Shown in pieces: positions 39,339 to 54,300 of a stretch of 64,000 nucleotides of DNA. Where the stretch lies: the NCBI RefSeq assembly GCF_964194025.1, contig NC_134469.1:4588001-4652000 (forward strand), given 5' to 3'. Each line of letters opens with the position of its first letter. Position 1 is the stretch's first letter. Both the position numbers and the translations under genes were made by a program. Origin of the DNA: Convolutriloba macropyga. Lineage: Eukaryota. A model generated the notes under the pieces. It saw nothing but the letters and a program-made list of their open reading frames with translations. It was not told the DNA's origin and made no database searches.

Positions 39339-42300
39339 CTAAAGTGACCATTTACAGTAAATTTTTAAATTCAAATTTGCGATGTCAAACACTCCCCATA
39401 TGCGTAAATAATTGTATCTTAAGTAAAAAATTTTCCCGATCTAGAACTAATCTTCAAACAGAGGACGCCGGTAGAGCCGTGGTAAGTTCTTGTACATGGA
39501 CCTTATTGTGTAGCTGCATTTCAGTACAGAAGATCAAATCATCCAGCAATTGAAGTTAGCCAATCTGAGTGCCAGAAATCTTGAAACCTGAACTATGCTA
39601 TTACCACTACATTACTGTTTATGTTACAACATAAATGTTAGTCGCCCGAGGGACTAAAAGGAAAAAAAAATTAAGCGCTTTTCTCGACCCTTGAGAAAGA
39701 GACAAGGTGAGATTTTACTAGTGCTTGTAGGCGACTAAGTAGGGTAAGCAGAATTAGACATAGGAGGGCAAAAAAATTGACAAATGCGCGGTAAAAATAA
39801 TTATTGCGTTGGTGTTTTCATGTGCGTTTCCTGTATATAATTGCAACTTGACTAAAATGAGCTTGTATATGAAAGACTGAGCATAAACTAACCTGCTGAG
39901 TGGGTTTTGCTGTTCGGTTGCGTGGTGTGTGGCCAAAAGAGGAGCTGCCTGGACAGGAGTGCTGGACCTAGACTCTCCGGAGAAGTAGCTGTCCCCGTGT
40001 CTGGTACCCTGGCGACTTTTCTGTCTGATCTGGTGCTTGTACAGCTCCTCATTGTTCACCTGTTGTTGATGAGGTGGAAGCGAAAGTGGAGAGTTGTCGA
40101 ATTGAGAAGGACTGCGCAGTCCTGCGATTCCACCTAAAATTAAAAACTGCAGCCTTTAAATCTTCAAAATAAAACTTCAAAAGTTAGGTTTTGCGCTTTT
40201 TCGTAGCTCCATACTCTGCCTGCGTGGCGCACGCTCTATGCGCCGGCGCCCTGCAGTAGAAGCGTCCATCGGAACCATTGTAGAGGCAGGGCAGCTAGTA
40301 AATCTTTATAAATTTATTTCAAATTTTTATTCAAAATCACTTATATATTGATTGCTATTTTTCATATTTGTATTGTTCATAATACTGCTGCTTGTCTCTC
40401 TCGCCTTTGCTTTTGATGCTTTATGTTTTTGACTACTGTTCGCATTTATAGATATACATGAGTTGACTTGCCGCCCCGGAGTTGACCGACTACCCTTTTA
40501 AGGGAGGGGCTTTCTTTTAAACATACCCGGCAGATTGCCGGAAAATAGCCGCCGTTGACTCCAATTAGCATGATTGGGATTGAAATAACAGAAGATATTG
40601 AAAAAAAATATTTTTGTACAAAAACATTTTTTTAAGTCCGATTTATTTTGATGGCATTTCGTAGTTCAACATACTTCTGTTTCTTAGAGAGAGGCTACAG
40701 GGGCTACTATCAATAACAATAAGCATTAGAGAGAGGTAACTAATACTTATAGGAACGATGTTCAAATAGCGGGCATCTAAAATTGGGCTTTATGGGTTTA
40801 TCCCGTTTCTATTTCTGACTTAATTTTTTTATACTGACTCTGTTCATTTTGAATTGCTTTGCTGAGCAACTGATGTTCAAAATCACTTTTAGCAGAATGA
40901 GAGAAGAGAGAAACTTAGAGAAGTCAAAAAGATTTCACGCAAAATGTTGAAAAGTCGGCAAAATGAGGTAAAGCGAAACATTTTTTTTATTCGACGAAGT
41001 AAAAAACATAGCAGGACAAGTCCTGATGTACAATTCAAAGAATTTTCATTGACTAAACAGAAAAACTAGACCTAGAATGGACTATGAGTGAATTGAGAAA
41101 ACCATTTTAAAAAAATCAGATCAAAAAATAAGAAAAAAAAACAAAAAATCAATGTCAAAATGCCGCATGTGAACAAAGAAACCACTAGCGAGAAATGAAA
41201 ATTTAATTCAAACAAAAAACTAGGCCTAGAATGAGCTGTGAATGGATTGGGAAAATCATTTAGAAAATTCGATCCAAAAAATCGAAAAAAACATTAAAAA
41301 TCAGAGTGAAATTGCCGCATGTGAACAAAAAACCACTACCGAGAAACCGAATTTTTGTTCAAACGCCATTTTCGCACTCTACTTTAAAATTAGAGCGAAA
41401 AAAATTCACGCCGCAAAACCACTCGCTTTTTCGCTCCATTTCTTGTTTCGGCGTGACCAAAATCACTACTCAAATTGACTTCAAAAATCATGAAAATGTG
41501 TGAACAGATCTTAAAAAAAAGACAGCGCCCCAATACAATTCAAAAAAAAAGACAGCGCCCCAACACAATTCAAATTCTTTGAATTGTAAAAAAAAATAGG
41601 AGCGCTATAATAGCCGGCTGAGAAGATGAGGGCGGCTATTAATTAACCTTTTAGAAAAAAAAACGTACCAACTGAACTTATGATTTTTCTCCTAAAAGCA
41701 ACGTACTTGTCGGGAGTACTGCCCTTGCACTGACATTTTTTTCAGTAAACCACTGCCAATTTGTTTCAGAATTAGGGAAGAGAAATTTAGATGCGAAGTT
41801 CAAGAAATTGAGAGCGAGAAAACTGACCAATTGGTCAAATCCGTCAAGCAAACACGACTAGAACAATTGCTTCGAATTCCGTTTGACAGCAATTAAAAAT
41901 GAAGCTATTAAAATAAGCACTTATACCTTTGAAATCCGATTCCACCTGATAAGGTTTAATTCCGCCGACTTAAGGAGTATCGGCAATTCAACCTAGTAAA
42001 ATTTACTTCTTGCTAATACAATGTTATTCCTCTCAAAAAACATTGATTCCATTTGACAAAATATACAATTCTACTTCAACTGAACTTCAATTCTGCTTCT
42101 CGTTTTGATTTCAAAAATGTAGGAGATTTTTGTATTGTTAATATTACCCGAAATAACTGATTTTCAAAACAAAGCTTTATGAGACGTGGGTTCATTAAAC
42201 CCAATAACTATCACGATGTGAATCCAAATTGACCCTTCATCAGATTTATATATAAAGGTCCTCTAGTACATGCTTAAGTCAAACTGATGTAAGATTTTCA

Positions 42301-45300
42301 TGACACGTTCCCCAAAAATTCAACTGTGAATCATGCGACCTCGATTGTGCATTAGCTGCTGTTCTTTGTTCTGCCAATAAGGGAGTGATCGAATTTCATT
42401 CTATTATATTTTTCAAGGTTGGAGCGTAAATTCAGCCCAGGGAAGTGAGAAATCTTTTTTGCAAGTTGTCATAAAATGCGCCGAATTAGTCACAGTTGCT
42501 TTTATTTGCTTTAGAATTTGGTTTTTCCCCGTTGAAATTTAAGATATGAGGGTGGAAAGTTTTCAAAGCTTATGTATGAAAAGAAAAAATATTAAAAAGG
42601 ACTGTCTTGAATACAGCAAATGTCCTCCTTATTACTTTCAGACCTTAATTTTGACAAACTGGCAATAATAAAAATGGCAATGAAATCAAATTGTATTTCA
42701 AAACGATTTAGAAAATAACTTCTAGATTGTGTCCGATTAGTGACGTAATTTGTAATTGAGATATAGATAGCAGGTCTTATTTGTTAGATATGAAAATTAA
42801 GGAAAATCCTGTATTTCACTTTTCCATGATCTGTGTCTGTAAGTTTTCAACTTTATTTAAAACGCTCCTAAATTCACAAAACCGAATCAAATTACTTTCC
42901 GACTAACCGTTTGGCCATTGGGAAGACCCTCTAGGAACTGGAGGTCCTGTTAAGTACATAGGGTGTCCTGCCGCGGCTGCCAGTCCAGGGTTCACCCTGC
43001 ACGCGGGGTCGAAGTCACTGGTGACGCCGTGCATGCGTGTCGTGATGTCATCGCTGTGGGTACTAGCCGCAGTTCCTCTCTCGAACAGATCCATCGGGTT
43101 CATCTGAGGCGGGGAGCCATGGGGGTAGTTGTTGCTGAAATTTCTTTAGGTAAATATATGTGGCTTAAGTGTCTATTAGACCACCTATCTACAAGGTCAA
43201 TCAACTATCTCCAAGGAACTCTATCATAACAGTTCATAGCTTTAATGGTTTTCTAATGGCTTTGCTATCCTTTAAGAGGAGTACTCTAAGAAAGGGTACA
43301 CAATATATTTGAAGTTTCGTCGTACATTCTTGGTTACTTAATCTAAGAGCAAAATACTTGACTATATGGTCTTCATTATTTTCAGTTGTAGTGTTTCCAA
43401 CTGGCGGTCTTTATTTAAATTTTTAGTTGTGCTTCCAAATTTTCAATCCCAAAAAAATCAACCGTGATTAGATCTGTATAGTTGTGTGAAGACGTAAAAT
43501 TTCCATAAGTTGCTGAATTCCAAATTTCACGTCAAAGCTAATGAAAACTTCAAAATTGGCATTAATTTTACTGCCCCAATCTAATTAGCAATCACAGTGC
43601 TATGTAACATTACCAAATGCAACTTCAAGTCTTAAGAGTCACTCAAACAACATCTGCTTTTTCCGTACAAAACTAAAAATCTTCGGCAATGTTGAGATTC
43701 TTATGGTATTCTAAACAAGCAGATTTAAAAAAGTACTGATGAGAATTTGCAGTTTGTCACTATCTGCTTAATTCTTGTAAGCTGTTCGCAATTTCGTTTC
43801 CCCCACTGATAAAAATCTGCAATAGATTTTTCTTACTAATTTTGTTTATCAGAGCAGTTTCATTCTCCTGTTTTCCGCAGAAATAACTAAAAATGGTTCT
43901 TTGTTGAGAATTTCCTCCGTTTTGCGTATTTGGATAGGTGGTCTGGAAAAATTGGAGAACTGCTTTTCATGCCGTATTGATTTTGTTTTGCTTCAACTCA
44001 CGGGAAAGTAGTTTTCTGTCACTCAGAGTGCTGCTTTAAGATTAATCTGGTAAATCATTAATTTTTTTCAGCCATTTTTTCATCCAATCAAATAATCAGC
44101 CATTTTTTTCGATAACGTTTCTATGCATATGTTATGTGAATCCTAGTCGGCCGAGGCTTTTAGTGCCCTGAGAGAAGGGCGCTTGCACCCAAGTGCTGGG
44201 CAAAAGGGCCAATGTGAACTAGAATTATTCATGTTCTAAAGTTTTCAGATGATCAAAGGCTAAAATTTCAGGCGGTTTTTGTTAACATCGGGTGTGTAAG
44301 TCAAAAGTGAGGTTTTGCTACGGTGAGAGGACGATTAAGTAACTTTGATTTTTTTAGGACAAATCATTACCAAGATACTTAGGCAAATGCGCGATAAAAA
44401 CATTTCCATAGAGTGGTTTTTGTCACTTGCATTTCTAACACATGAACATAGCCGGTAAATTGCCGGAAACTAGCCGCCGTTGACGGTCATCGGGTTTGGA
44501 AAAGAAAACAGAAGAGATAGAAATTGGCAATTGTTCCCATGATTCAATAAGTGTTCTAATTCGTTGCGCAGTTTCAGTTATATTTTAAACTATACTTAAT
44601 TCAGCTTCGAAACTGAAAGCTGTTAAGCTTAATGACAAAGTCAGCTAGCAATCGTTCTAATGGACTTCGATAACCTAATGCAATGCTGTATGACGGGCTT
44701 TATCGGTTTGTCCCGTTTCTTCAGATTATGCCCTATTGAAATTGGCACTATTCACCACATTGCGTAATTCAATGCGCAAAAGAATTTGAAATCCATTCAG
44801 TTGAAAGAGCGAGTGATGTAAGTCTCAAGTCAAACCTAAATGTCATGACTTACGTAAAACGAAAAACGTGATCGAAAGGTAAATTGAATTAAAAAACAGC
44901 CGGAAGACTCCGGAACTGACTCGCAGATATTCACTTAGGACTGACCCAGTTAATGACTAAACGAAAATAACATATTTTCTTACACTAATCATTTTGAACT
45001 AAAGAGAAAACTTGATATGCTAAAAGCCAAAACTGATAACAAAAATTGAAAAAATCTGAACCACCCAAGGCAGTCTTCAAAAGTTGCGACTGCAAAACAA
45101 CTGTTGGAAAATTAACGGTAAGAAATGGTATTTAGGCAGAAAATTGAGGAAAGGAAGAAAACCATTTTTTTTAAAACTACCTGCAAAATGCAAACGCGGT
45201 ACTTCACAACAACTTCTGGAAAAACCTCTGAAAAGTTCTTCAACTTGATCAGTGCTCCGCCCGATTCTTTTCAAAAGCATACTAAACAACAGTTAAAATA

Positions 45301-48300
45301 AACCACCAAAACTATTTGATAAATTACAAATGTGATAATTTATTTCAATAAAAACTGCACGGTATAGTTTTTTGGGAGCCTTACACTATACATAGTTCTA
45401 GATTAAAAAGTAACCAAGAAAAACAACGAAAATCGGTCAAAATCTGGTTAAATTTATTCAATTTTCGTTAACAAACTTACTCAAAATTAATCAGACAACA
45501 AATATCAAATCGAAACCTTTTAAAGACCACTAGATTAACAAGGGTCAAACACAAAATTTTGGAAAACGTCACTGTTCAAACAAAATCTAATATTTGCTTT
45601 GAAAGTTCAACAAAGATTCCAAATGTTCGAATACTAGCCTAAATAACTGTTAGAAGCACATTTGGCCGGAGAAGTTGATTAACACTAAAAAACGCTTTAT
45701 ATTTATTTTTGGTGGAATTTTTGTCATTTTCGGGAGAAGCGACCTGTATAGACTTCACTTGCTCCTTCTAGGGACAAAATGTATAGAATAGCTTTAAATT
45801 GAAGGTTGCACAAGAAAAAGCTATAGGGAGAAGCGCAAAAGCACAAGAAATAGGGAAAAAACATAAAAAGGCGAAACTCGGACAAATTTTGCTGAAAATT
45901 ACTCAAAAATCTTTAACAAAAACAACTCAAGATTAATAATCGAATAAACTTCAAATTGAACCTAAAGGTGTATTATTTGCTTCAGATATCAAAAATGCTT
46001 TCAACCGTATGGTAACATTAATGGATTGAAACTAGTGAACCCATTAATGAAAAATGTTGAACAGTAGACGGAGATTAGTGATTTTTGGGGCTTTTGTCAT
46101 TGGATAGCATTATTGGACACGCTTTGCTCGTACGCTCATTAAAAGGTTCTTGCATGTGTGTGACTTACAAGTATCTGTCTTTGTCTCCGATATCTGATCC
46201 ACCCCCAGGTGGCCACCTGTCTGACCCGCCTGCTGGGAAATAATACCCACTGTCCTGGTACAACATACCAGCCTGGTCTGAAACAAAAAATAAATAATTT
46301 CAAAAATTATGTAATAATAACATAGACTTATATACAAGGCGGACGACGTAAGAAAACTTGTGTTATAGTTGCACGCTCGATTATCTTGAAGTTGGTTCCT
46401 GTGAGCTGAACTCCAGTCCTCCGTTTAGACTGCCGGTATTAATTTCTGAATGAAAAAATTGCAATGATTTTAATCTGCACAGTTTTTGATTAGTTTCATG
46501 ATCTTTTTCAAAATGAAGGCAATTGATTTAAAACATTTTTGTTGCTGTCTTTCCCATAATACCCCCCCCGCCCCCCGCTTAGTTGTCATATAACGTATAG
46601 CCCCCCATAATTATAACATGAATAGGAGCCTCTAATGTAAGACGAAGTATGGATGAAAAATGCTTGCATTTAAATAATCCTCCTTAGACAATGATCTTGA
46701 AACACTAAAAAATTCTAGTTAGCTGTTTACAAAGGGAGCATTTCTCTAATATCACTTAGAATTTCTTGTAGTGAGTGATTGTGGTGTGATGAATTATGAT
46801 GAATGAGACATTTATCGGATACAAAACAGATGTTTTAGCCAGTCTGACTGTAATCTTGCATCTTGTTTATAATTGATGCGATAACATCACAAAATGTCAT
46901 CTTGACAGAATAGCCACAAACTAGTAGTAAGTTTTTGCAAAGCTAAAAGAATGAAAATTTTTCAAAATTTTCTGTCTTGATGGACAAATTTCTGTTCTAC
47001 TTTGCTTATCCACAGCAACATGAACCTCTTTAAACGCTAAGACATTTTCCTTTTTAAAATTGAGGAAAGGTTCAAATTAAGGTTATTTTGGCGGAGAAGG
47101 TTATTTTGGCGAGACTTTGGTTTACACAGAATAACAGTGTTAGTAAAAATGGAATGACATCAAATGATTTGAGCACAATTGGTTATTGTAACAAAGCCAT
47201 GTGTATTTGTATGCGTGATATAAGCGAGCGTTTTTGGGGGTGTTTTTTATGTGATTGTGGGGTGGAATTCGGGGCAAACGTACCATACATGTTACACAAA
47301 TACGAGGTCGAATAAGTGTTCATTGCACAGTTAGAAGCTGAAATAATACAAACTACAAGTAAGTCAATTCTAACTAAAAATTTTGTTTCTAAAATTATCA
47401 TGTGTCGTTAAAAGCATAACGCTAACATTTCTTTAAATTGGTCTATATTAGTTATATTAATCTAAATTTGAGACTAGAATGTGCATTATTGCCCTAAACC
47501 AAAATAGATAAGAACAAGTTTGAAAGGTCACAAAAAGAATTTGAGCAACGCCATTTATTGGCAACAGCATGAGCTTTTAAAGCAATTTTTTTTTGACACA
47601 GAGACGACCAAATTTTTGTGCTTGACGAAGACAGCAAAACTTAGACTTGTAACTTTCTCCACTTTTTTCCCAATGGCTTGTTCATATGTTCATACCCAAC
47701 TACCGGGGGTTTTATTTTTCCTAAATATAAATGTTTTCGACGAGGCAAACAACACTACTCATTCATGAAAAAAATGAAAAATTCGGTGCAATTTTTTTAA
47801 TTTCCAATAACAAAGCATAGCTTGCAAAATGACGGACAATAGCAGAGACTACTGAGGCCGAAAACAGAAGACGTGCTTGGTGAAAACATGAAAATTTGAT
47901 TTTCAATTCTTTTCGATGCAATTATGGAATGTTCTTGTTTTTCAGATAACAGATGCCAATATTATGATGTGTTGGCTCAGCTCATCGGGTTTCAATTAAT
48001 TGTTGTTAATTGCTCTCGAATAACAAGCAATTATTGTAAACGTGTGTGTCTTTTGTAAACGTGTGAGTGATTTCAATTGCTCTCACACCGAAATAAAGTT
48101 TGTTGTTCAAACAAAACCGATTGTTAGAGATACGATAAGCAGGCCTTGATAGCCGAGTGGTTAATGCCTCTGTCGAAGTGAAGGAAGCGGAATCAGGAGG
48201 TCAGGATTCGAACCCTACCCCATTAAGAAAACGCCCCACCTGTCATTCGAGAGCAATTTTTCCGACGGTAGTTAGTTTATGTTTTAAATTGAATTTAAGT

Positions 48301-51300
48301 TTCATAGTTTCATAAGTTTGTACGACGTATCATTTTAAAAATTCAAACGATTGTTCCATATTGAAGATTTAAAAGAACGTCACATTAATTTGATTGCAAC
48401 AAAAATCAATACAGGCGACAAATTAAACAAGAAACTAAAAGATTAATATTGGCCTGCGCTAAAGCTTCGTGGCTATTTAATTTATGGTTTTTTATATCAA
48501 GATAACTGTAAGTTATGCCTTTGAGAGATTCAAGCTTATATTTGCTTGTTTCTGTAAAAGCAATTTGTATAAAAGTAACCAAAACTTTGCATCTTTTGTG
48601 CAATCTGAACTACCTCTTTTGAGCAATATTTTAAGCAACATTGCAATGACAGCTGGCCAAAATATGGTCCCACATTTTTCGGTTATTTTAATACAACATT
48701 TAGGGTAGCAAAAAATCGCAAATTCAATTTGAGAGATTTTTCAAACAGATACAAAAGCTGATAAGCGTACACACATGGAGAAAAGTCAAACAAGATGGAC
48801 TTTCAATAAGTCGTCTTTAAAAAGTTTCAAATTCAAAAGAAAATTTTTGTTGGTCTTTCAAATAAGCAACCACCCATTTTCTCATGCTTCCGGGCAAGAA
48901 GTAAGAGTCTGTTTCAGAACTTTAGCGAAGTTGAGATTTGAAATTTAACTAGTTGTTTTGCTCATCAATTGTGCACTTTTGGAACATTTGTTCAACTTTT
49001 GTAGGAAAAAAAATCGAATGACCCAAAAAATGGTTTAATTATTTTTTATTAAATTTTTCTTATCTGTAGATAACAGAAAACTCTTGGCTCTTGTTTGGAA
49101 CTTCACTGTTTTGTTTATTCTCAAAAGTTTTCCAATCCCGTATAGTTAATGTAAAATGAAGAGCCAGGAAAAAAATGCAGCAAACAATTGTCCATTTTGG
49201 CTGCATGCAAAAAATTGATTTAATACTAAATTTAGTTTCCTCAAGATAGCAATGCAAATTTGTTTTGGCAAAACAAATCAAATACCAGCGATTGAGTGAA
49301 TTAAAACCACACGTGCGAACAACTTAAAAATACCTCTGGGGTAAAATCAATACTCATAATTAATGCACCGCGTAACTTTACCCAACAGTGATGTGGGCAT
49401 GCATGATCAACTACCCAATAGTCTGGTTATCTAACTAAATGGGAGAGATTGGGAAGATTAAAGGGCGCCAAAAGTGGAGGTGCAATTAGGAGGGGTTGCA
49501 AAATGGGGCTGAACAAAGTGTGAATTTGTTTTTTTTTGTTGCTCACCTGCTCGACTGCTGCTCTGTGTAGATATGGAAAAGGGTCTTTCATCTGAAACAA
49601 ATACAGACACAATCACTCCCATGGCAAACAAACAAATATAGTTCCGCATGTAAACAATAAAAACCTGAAGAACATTTGAACTATAAAAGGGGAGAAGGAT
49701 TACAAATCAGACTAAGATTTAAGAGCTTGAAATTGTTCTTTTCCTCAGGTTTTTCACGCTCATTTATAAAAATGGGGGGAAGGGGAGGTGAGTTTCGGAC
49801 AACGGAAACAAAATTAAAGAATCCCACATGTAAACAACAAACACGGAAGATCAGTTGAATGATAAAAGTATTTAAAAAAGATTATCAATGAGGCATGAAT
49901 GTTTAAGAACTTCTTTAAAATCACTTCTTGGGGGAATTTTTCTTAAATGGTGGGAAAATTAAGCAAATGGTAGCAGTTGGAAGTAACATCGTGATAATCT
50001 AATTCAATAATCTGACTTTTGAAGCATATATCAAATTGATGAGTGCTATCATGCGCACCAACACCTGGGTTCAATGGCCAAGTTATTGATTAGATTAGTC
50101 ATGATTAGAATTCGGAATCAGGGCATCTTGCTAACAAAATAAAAAGCGCCCTTACCAAGTACCGTATTATACAACCATACTCACAACTTTGTATATTCAG
50201 AATCACTACGCCAGTATCAGGGTACCGTATGTTATACAGCTTAGACAAGTTTCCTAGTCGGTTATAAGTAGCATAGTTTTGCGAGCGTTTCAAAGATCTT
50301 TTTCACTGAAAAGGATTTTCTTTGGCTTTATTTTCCCTTATCATATGAACAAATTTTATTAATTTTTTTAGTTCAAGTTGTTCCTAAGAGCTTAATATTT
50401 CATAAATCGACTTCAGTTATGTTTTTTAGAGTAGATTTTTCGACAGAAATGGCTCTTTGAGTTGTTTCCGGAATTCTTCGGGCTATGTTTTTTAAGTCCC
50501 TCTCACGTTTTTATGATTTTTGAAGTTCAATATGAGTAGTGATGTAGATCAAGTCGAAGCAGGGGGTGGGGTCTGGGATGTAAGGCGAAAACTTGATTAG
50601 GCGAACGAAATTTTCGTAGCCATTAGGCGAAAATTTTGAGCTAAATTATTCTGGAAATTAGGTGTATAGCAAATAAAGCACTTAAATAAGGTACTTCAAA
50701 ATCCACCCGATGCCATAAAGTTGTCAAGTGCCCCTAACAGCCGTAGTTACATGCAAACGAGTTTTTAATAGTACTTAAAAATGTATCATTGTTTTCAAAG
50801 TTTTGCGTCTCTTTCTACTCAGTGTCATAAAAGCCCATGATTTTGATTTTTAAAAAGGTAACAGGAAAAAATGTTGAATATTTAAACTACTTATTAATAC
50901 CTGAAACGTAGATAATTTAGAACTACCGGTTTAAAAAATGCACAGAAATGGGGGGGGTGTTGGGCTTAACCTACTTCGTGAAAGTGTTCAAAATTCAAAA
51001 ATTCTGGTCTATTTTTGATTGTTCGCAAGCTATATTTCTAGAATTTAACTGTCATACTTACTTAATTATATCATAATATCAAGAAGATATTGCAGTACCT
51101 CCTTGAAGCGTTTCAATTGGTATTTGCCAAATTTCCACAAAACTTTAGTTCAGAATTTTTGCTTATGGCTACAAAAATTCTTTTTGCCTAATCAAGATTT
51201 CGCGTAATATCCTACACCCCCGAAGCAGGAAGTGGAGCAAAAAATGGAGTGGTTTGTGGCGTGCAATTTTTCACTCGAACTTCAAGGTAAAGTGAGAAAA

Positions 51301-54300
51301 CGTTTGCACAAAAATCGTTTTCTCAATAGTGGTTTTTTTTACATGCGGCAATTTGACTTTGAAATTTTTTAAACTGTTTTTCGATCGTAGTTTTTTCTAA
51401 ATAGATTTTCAAAACCAATCCTAGTCTTTTCTTGGTCTAGTTCTTCGTTTAGTCAGTAAAAGACTGCCATTATATCTAACCGACATGTTTTGCAAGTATA
51501 TATAACAAAGCCGTCAAATTGCCAGCAAACAGCCGCCGTCGAAACCTTTGATGTCAAGTGGGATTGAAAAACTCAAAAGAAGAGAAGGTAAAAAAACTGA
51601 CAGCCTTTATTCAAAGTGTACAAAAGCGTTCTAACCTTTTGTACACTTTAGGTTAGGTAATACACTTACACAGAACTCAGCTCCTAAAGTTAAGCAAGGC
51701 TACAAGCATTAATACTAATACCAATTACTGTTCTCTCTAATTAACTTTGACGTTAAATAATAACACATGCGCCTGGGGCGTAAAAGGGCGTATAGAATAG
51801 ATCTAAACTTTTCACTGACCTCCTTTGCTCTTTTTGAAGAATCGTTTTCTGCAGTAGAGCGCGAGGAATATCAAGTTGGTCACTATAAATAGACCAGTGA
51901 GAGCCGGCAACGCTATCATCAACCAAAACGGCATCTCTCTGAAACTCTTGTGCGCTGAAACACAAACAGCCATCAACATCTATGAACGAGGTCTCTTTAT
52001 TGAGAAAAATAAAAAAAAATATTTACTTTTCTTCACAAAGAACTGTAAATTTGTCTAAGGAATGATTGCCTAATGAAAGCCAAAAGATTATGAGAACTGC
52101 GAAACCTAAAATTTTGTGAAAATGAGAGACAAATATATCAGAGAAAATATTTTTTAAAGAAAAAGCGTGAAAATGGCACAAAACAAAAACTTATTTTTCT
52201 CTTATTCTTAAAATCGTTTCCATTTTCAGCCATTTATATCAAAATATATAGCAAAGTATATCAAAATGTTCATATCAATGTTCAGTAACAATGTTTTGAA
52301 TAAAACAATCGAAATGAGATTGAAAGTTTACCCGGAACAGGTGTTGCGGCGTAGGTTGTTGCCTGAATGATCTCAGAACATGCATCGTCTCTATTTGCGG
52401 GTCCCACTTTATTTTGAGCACACACTTTGAATGTATAAGTAGTAGCCGAAGCCAACCTTCCAACGGTATAGTTACAGTCGTTGCTATCTTTACAGTTTGT
52501 AGTTACAGTTGCTATTTTCCAGCCTTCGTTTTCCTTCCCGAGAACTTGATAGAGGATCTCGAACGTCTGAGGGTATCCTCCGTTAAAACCCTGGGTCCAT
52601 TTGAATGTCTGGGAGTTGTCGGAGGTTTCCTGGATGACAAACTTTCTGGGTTTCTCAGGAGCTCCTGAAAAATTAAACTTTGTCATAACTATTTCTTTAA
52701 GCGATAATAATTTATAACGTTTAAACTGCTGCAAAAGGTCTGAGAGCTGCCAGAACTTGGCCACGGATTTACTCAACTGAACTGGCTGATGGGTTTAATT
52801 TACAAGTTGCGTGTCTTTGCGATCGCATATTTAGCTGACTAATGAAAAATAGATGTTTTTATTAATACTAAAGATTACGACAACTGTCCACCAATATTGC
52901 CCACTATTTTACAGTATACCTAATAGACAGCAGTGTTGTTGGATTGTTGGTTTAATCTTTAGTATTAATGAAAGTTTTGCTCGTAAAAAGCCAAACTAGC
53001 TAATAAATAACGCACATCTGTAAAATGAAATTATCTGGAAAATGACCGCAAAAACTCATAAACTTTTGCTTTATTGAAGTATATAAGTCCCATAACTAAA
53101 TATACAGAAAACAAAAGAGAAAAAATCTAAAACAGAAAAGCGGTTGGATTTTGGGAACGGAAAAAGAATTTTTAATACAAAATCATTTTCCAGCAATTCT
53201 AACACCAATTCATACGTACCAAGTGGTCCTGTCAAGGGAGCAGAAATTAAAAAAAATCAGCAGTTAAAGCTAAAGCAGTTTCAACTCCTCTATATCTAAA
53301 ATATACGTCAAAAATCAAACACCAAATACAACTAATAGTTTTATTGAAAAAGATACTAGCTGTCCAGTTATGCAAAGGTCCATCCATTCAAAAATGGGAT
53401 CTATTCTGTTTTGGCCCCCAGCTACAAATTATATGTTGTTATATAGCACGTTACTATGTAAAAAATAGCTAGTGCGCCTGCGGGGGGGGGGGGGGGGGGC
53501 ATACGAACTTGCATCCATTCCGTAAAATTTAAAACAATGAGCAACAAATTTATTTCCATTATCATTATCACTATTTTAAGGCTACCATCTGGCCTGTTCG
53601 TAACTTTGAAATAGAATGTTCAAATACTTTTTAAAACAAAAAAATCTGATCATGCCAAAAGTCCGAAAGATTCGAGAATATTTAATGATGACTCCAAACA
53701 ACAAGCATGCTCGATAACAAAATTGCCCGGAATCAAAACTATAGACCTTAAAACATAGATAAAAAACTTGTTAAATAAAAACTTGTCAAATTCCGTGGGT
53801 ACATGTTTTGCAGATTTTTGCAGGGAAATCAACAGATTTAAACACTCCTGAATAATAGTAGCAAAAGAACTGTTATGAGGTGAATAAAATACAACCTTAT
53901 AATATTGATAATTATAAACATAACAGACTAACGTCTAGTGACTTGCTCTCAAACGAATGGTGAGCTAACTTTAGCTTAAAGAGAGGAAGTAGAAAAGGGA
54001 TATATTAGTTACTTTGGGGAGCGCGGGGGGTAGGGGAATTGTTTGAGGGAGGGCAGTGGGTGGAGGTTTTTTTTGGGGGGGGGATGAAACTTGCGGTTGT
54101 GGAATTGGAGGGGAACTATTAAAGCTTTAAAAGCCCTCCGGGCTTTACCTGTTTAGCACGTTTTCGCTACCAAAATGTTAATCGCTAACGATTAAACGAA
54201 AAACAGTTAAAAGGATCGCAAGACTATTATAATTGGTACAAACTTCGTTTGAGAGTAATTGAAAGCCGTCCAAATAAAAGGCGACTGAAGCTGACTGATG

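Noticed and set aside
48141-48225. Functional tRNA gene
   Set aside because: A- and B-boxes are present but the acceptor and anticodon stems do not pair convincingly.
51670-51683. 14-nt microexon (ctttag|GAGCTGAGTTCTGT|gtaagt) after the TM exon
   Set aside because: Good splice sites but frame-breaking relative to all downstream exons found; unsupported without RNA data.
39907-52668. Plus-strand ORFs at 39907, 42963, 51876 and 52414
   Set aside because: Antisense shadows of GC-richer minus-strand exons.
53481-54115. G-runs as functional G-quadruplexes
   Set aside because: Similar G/C runs occur throughout MITE-derived DNA in this window; no specific support.
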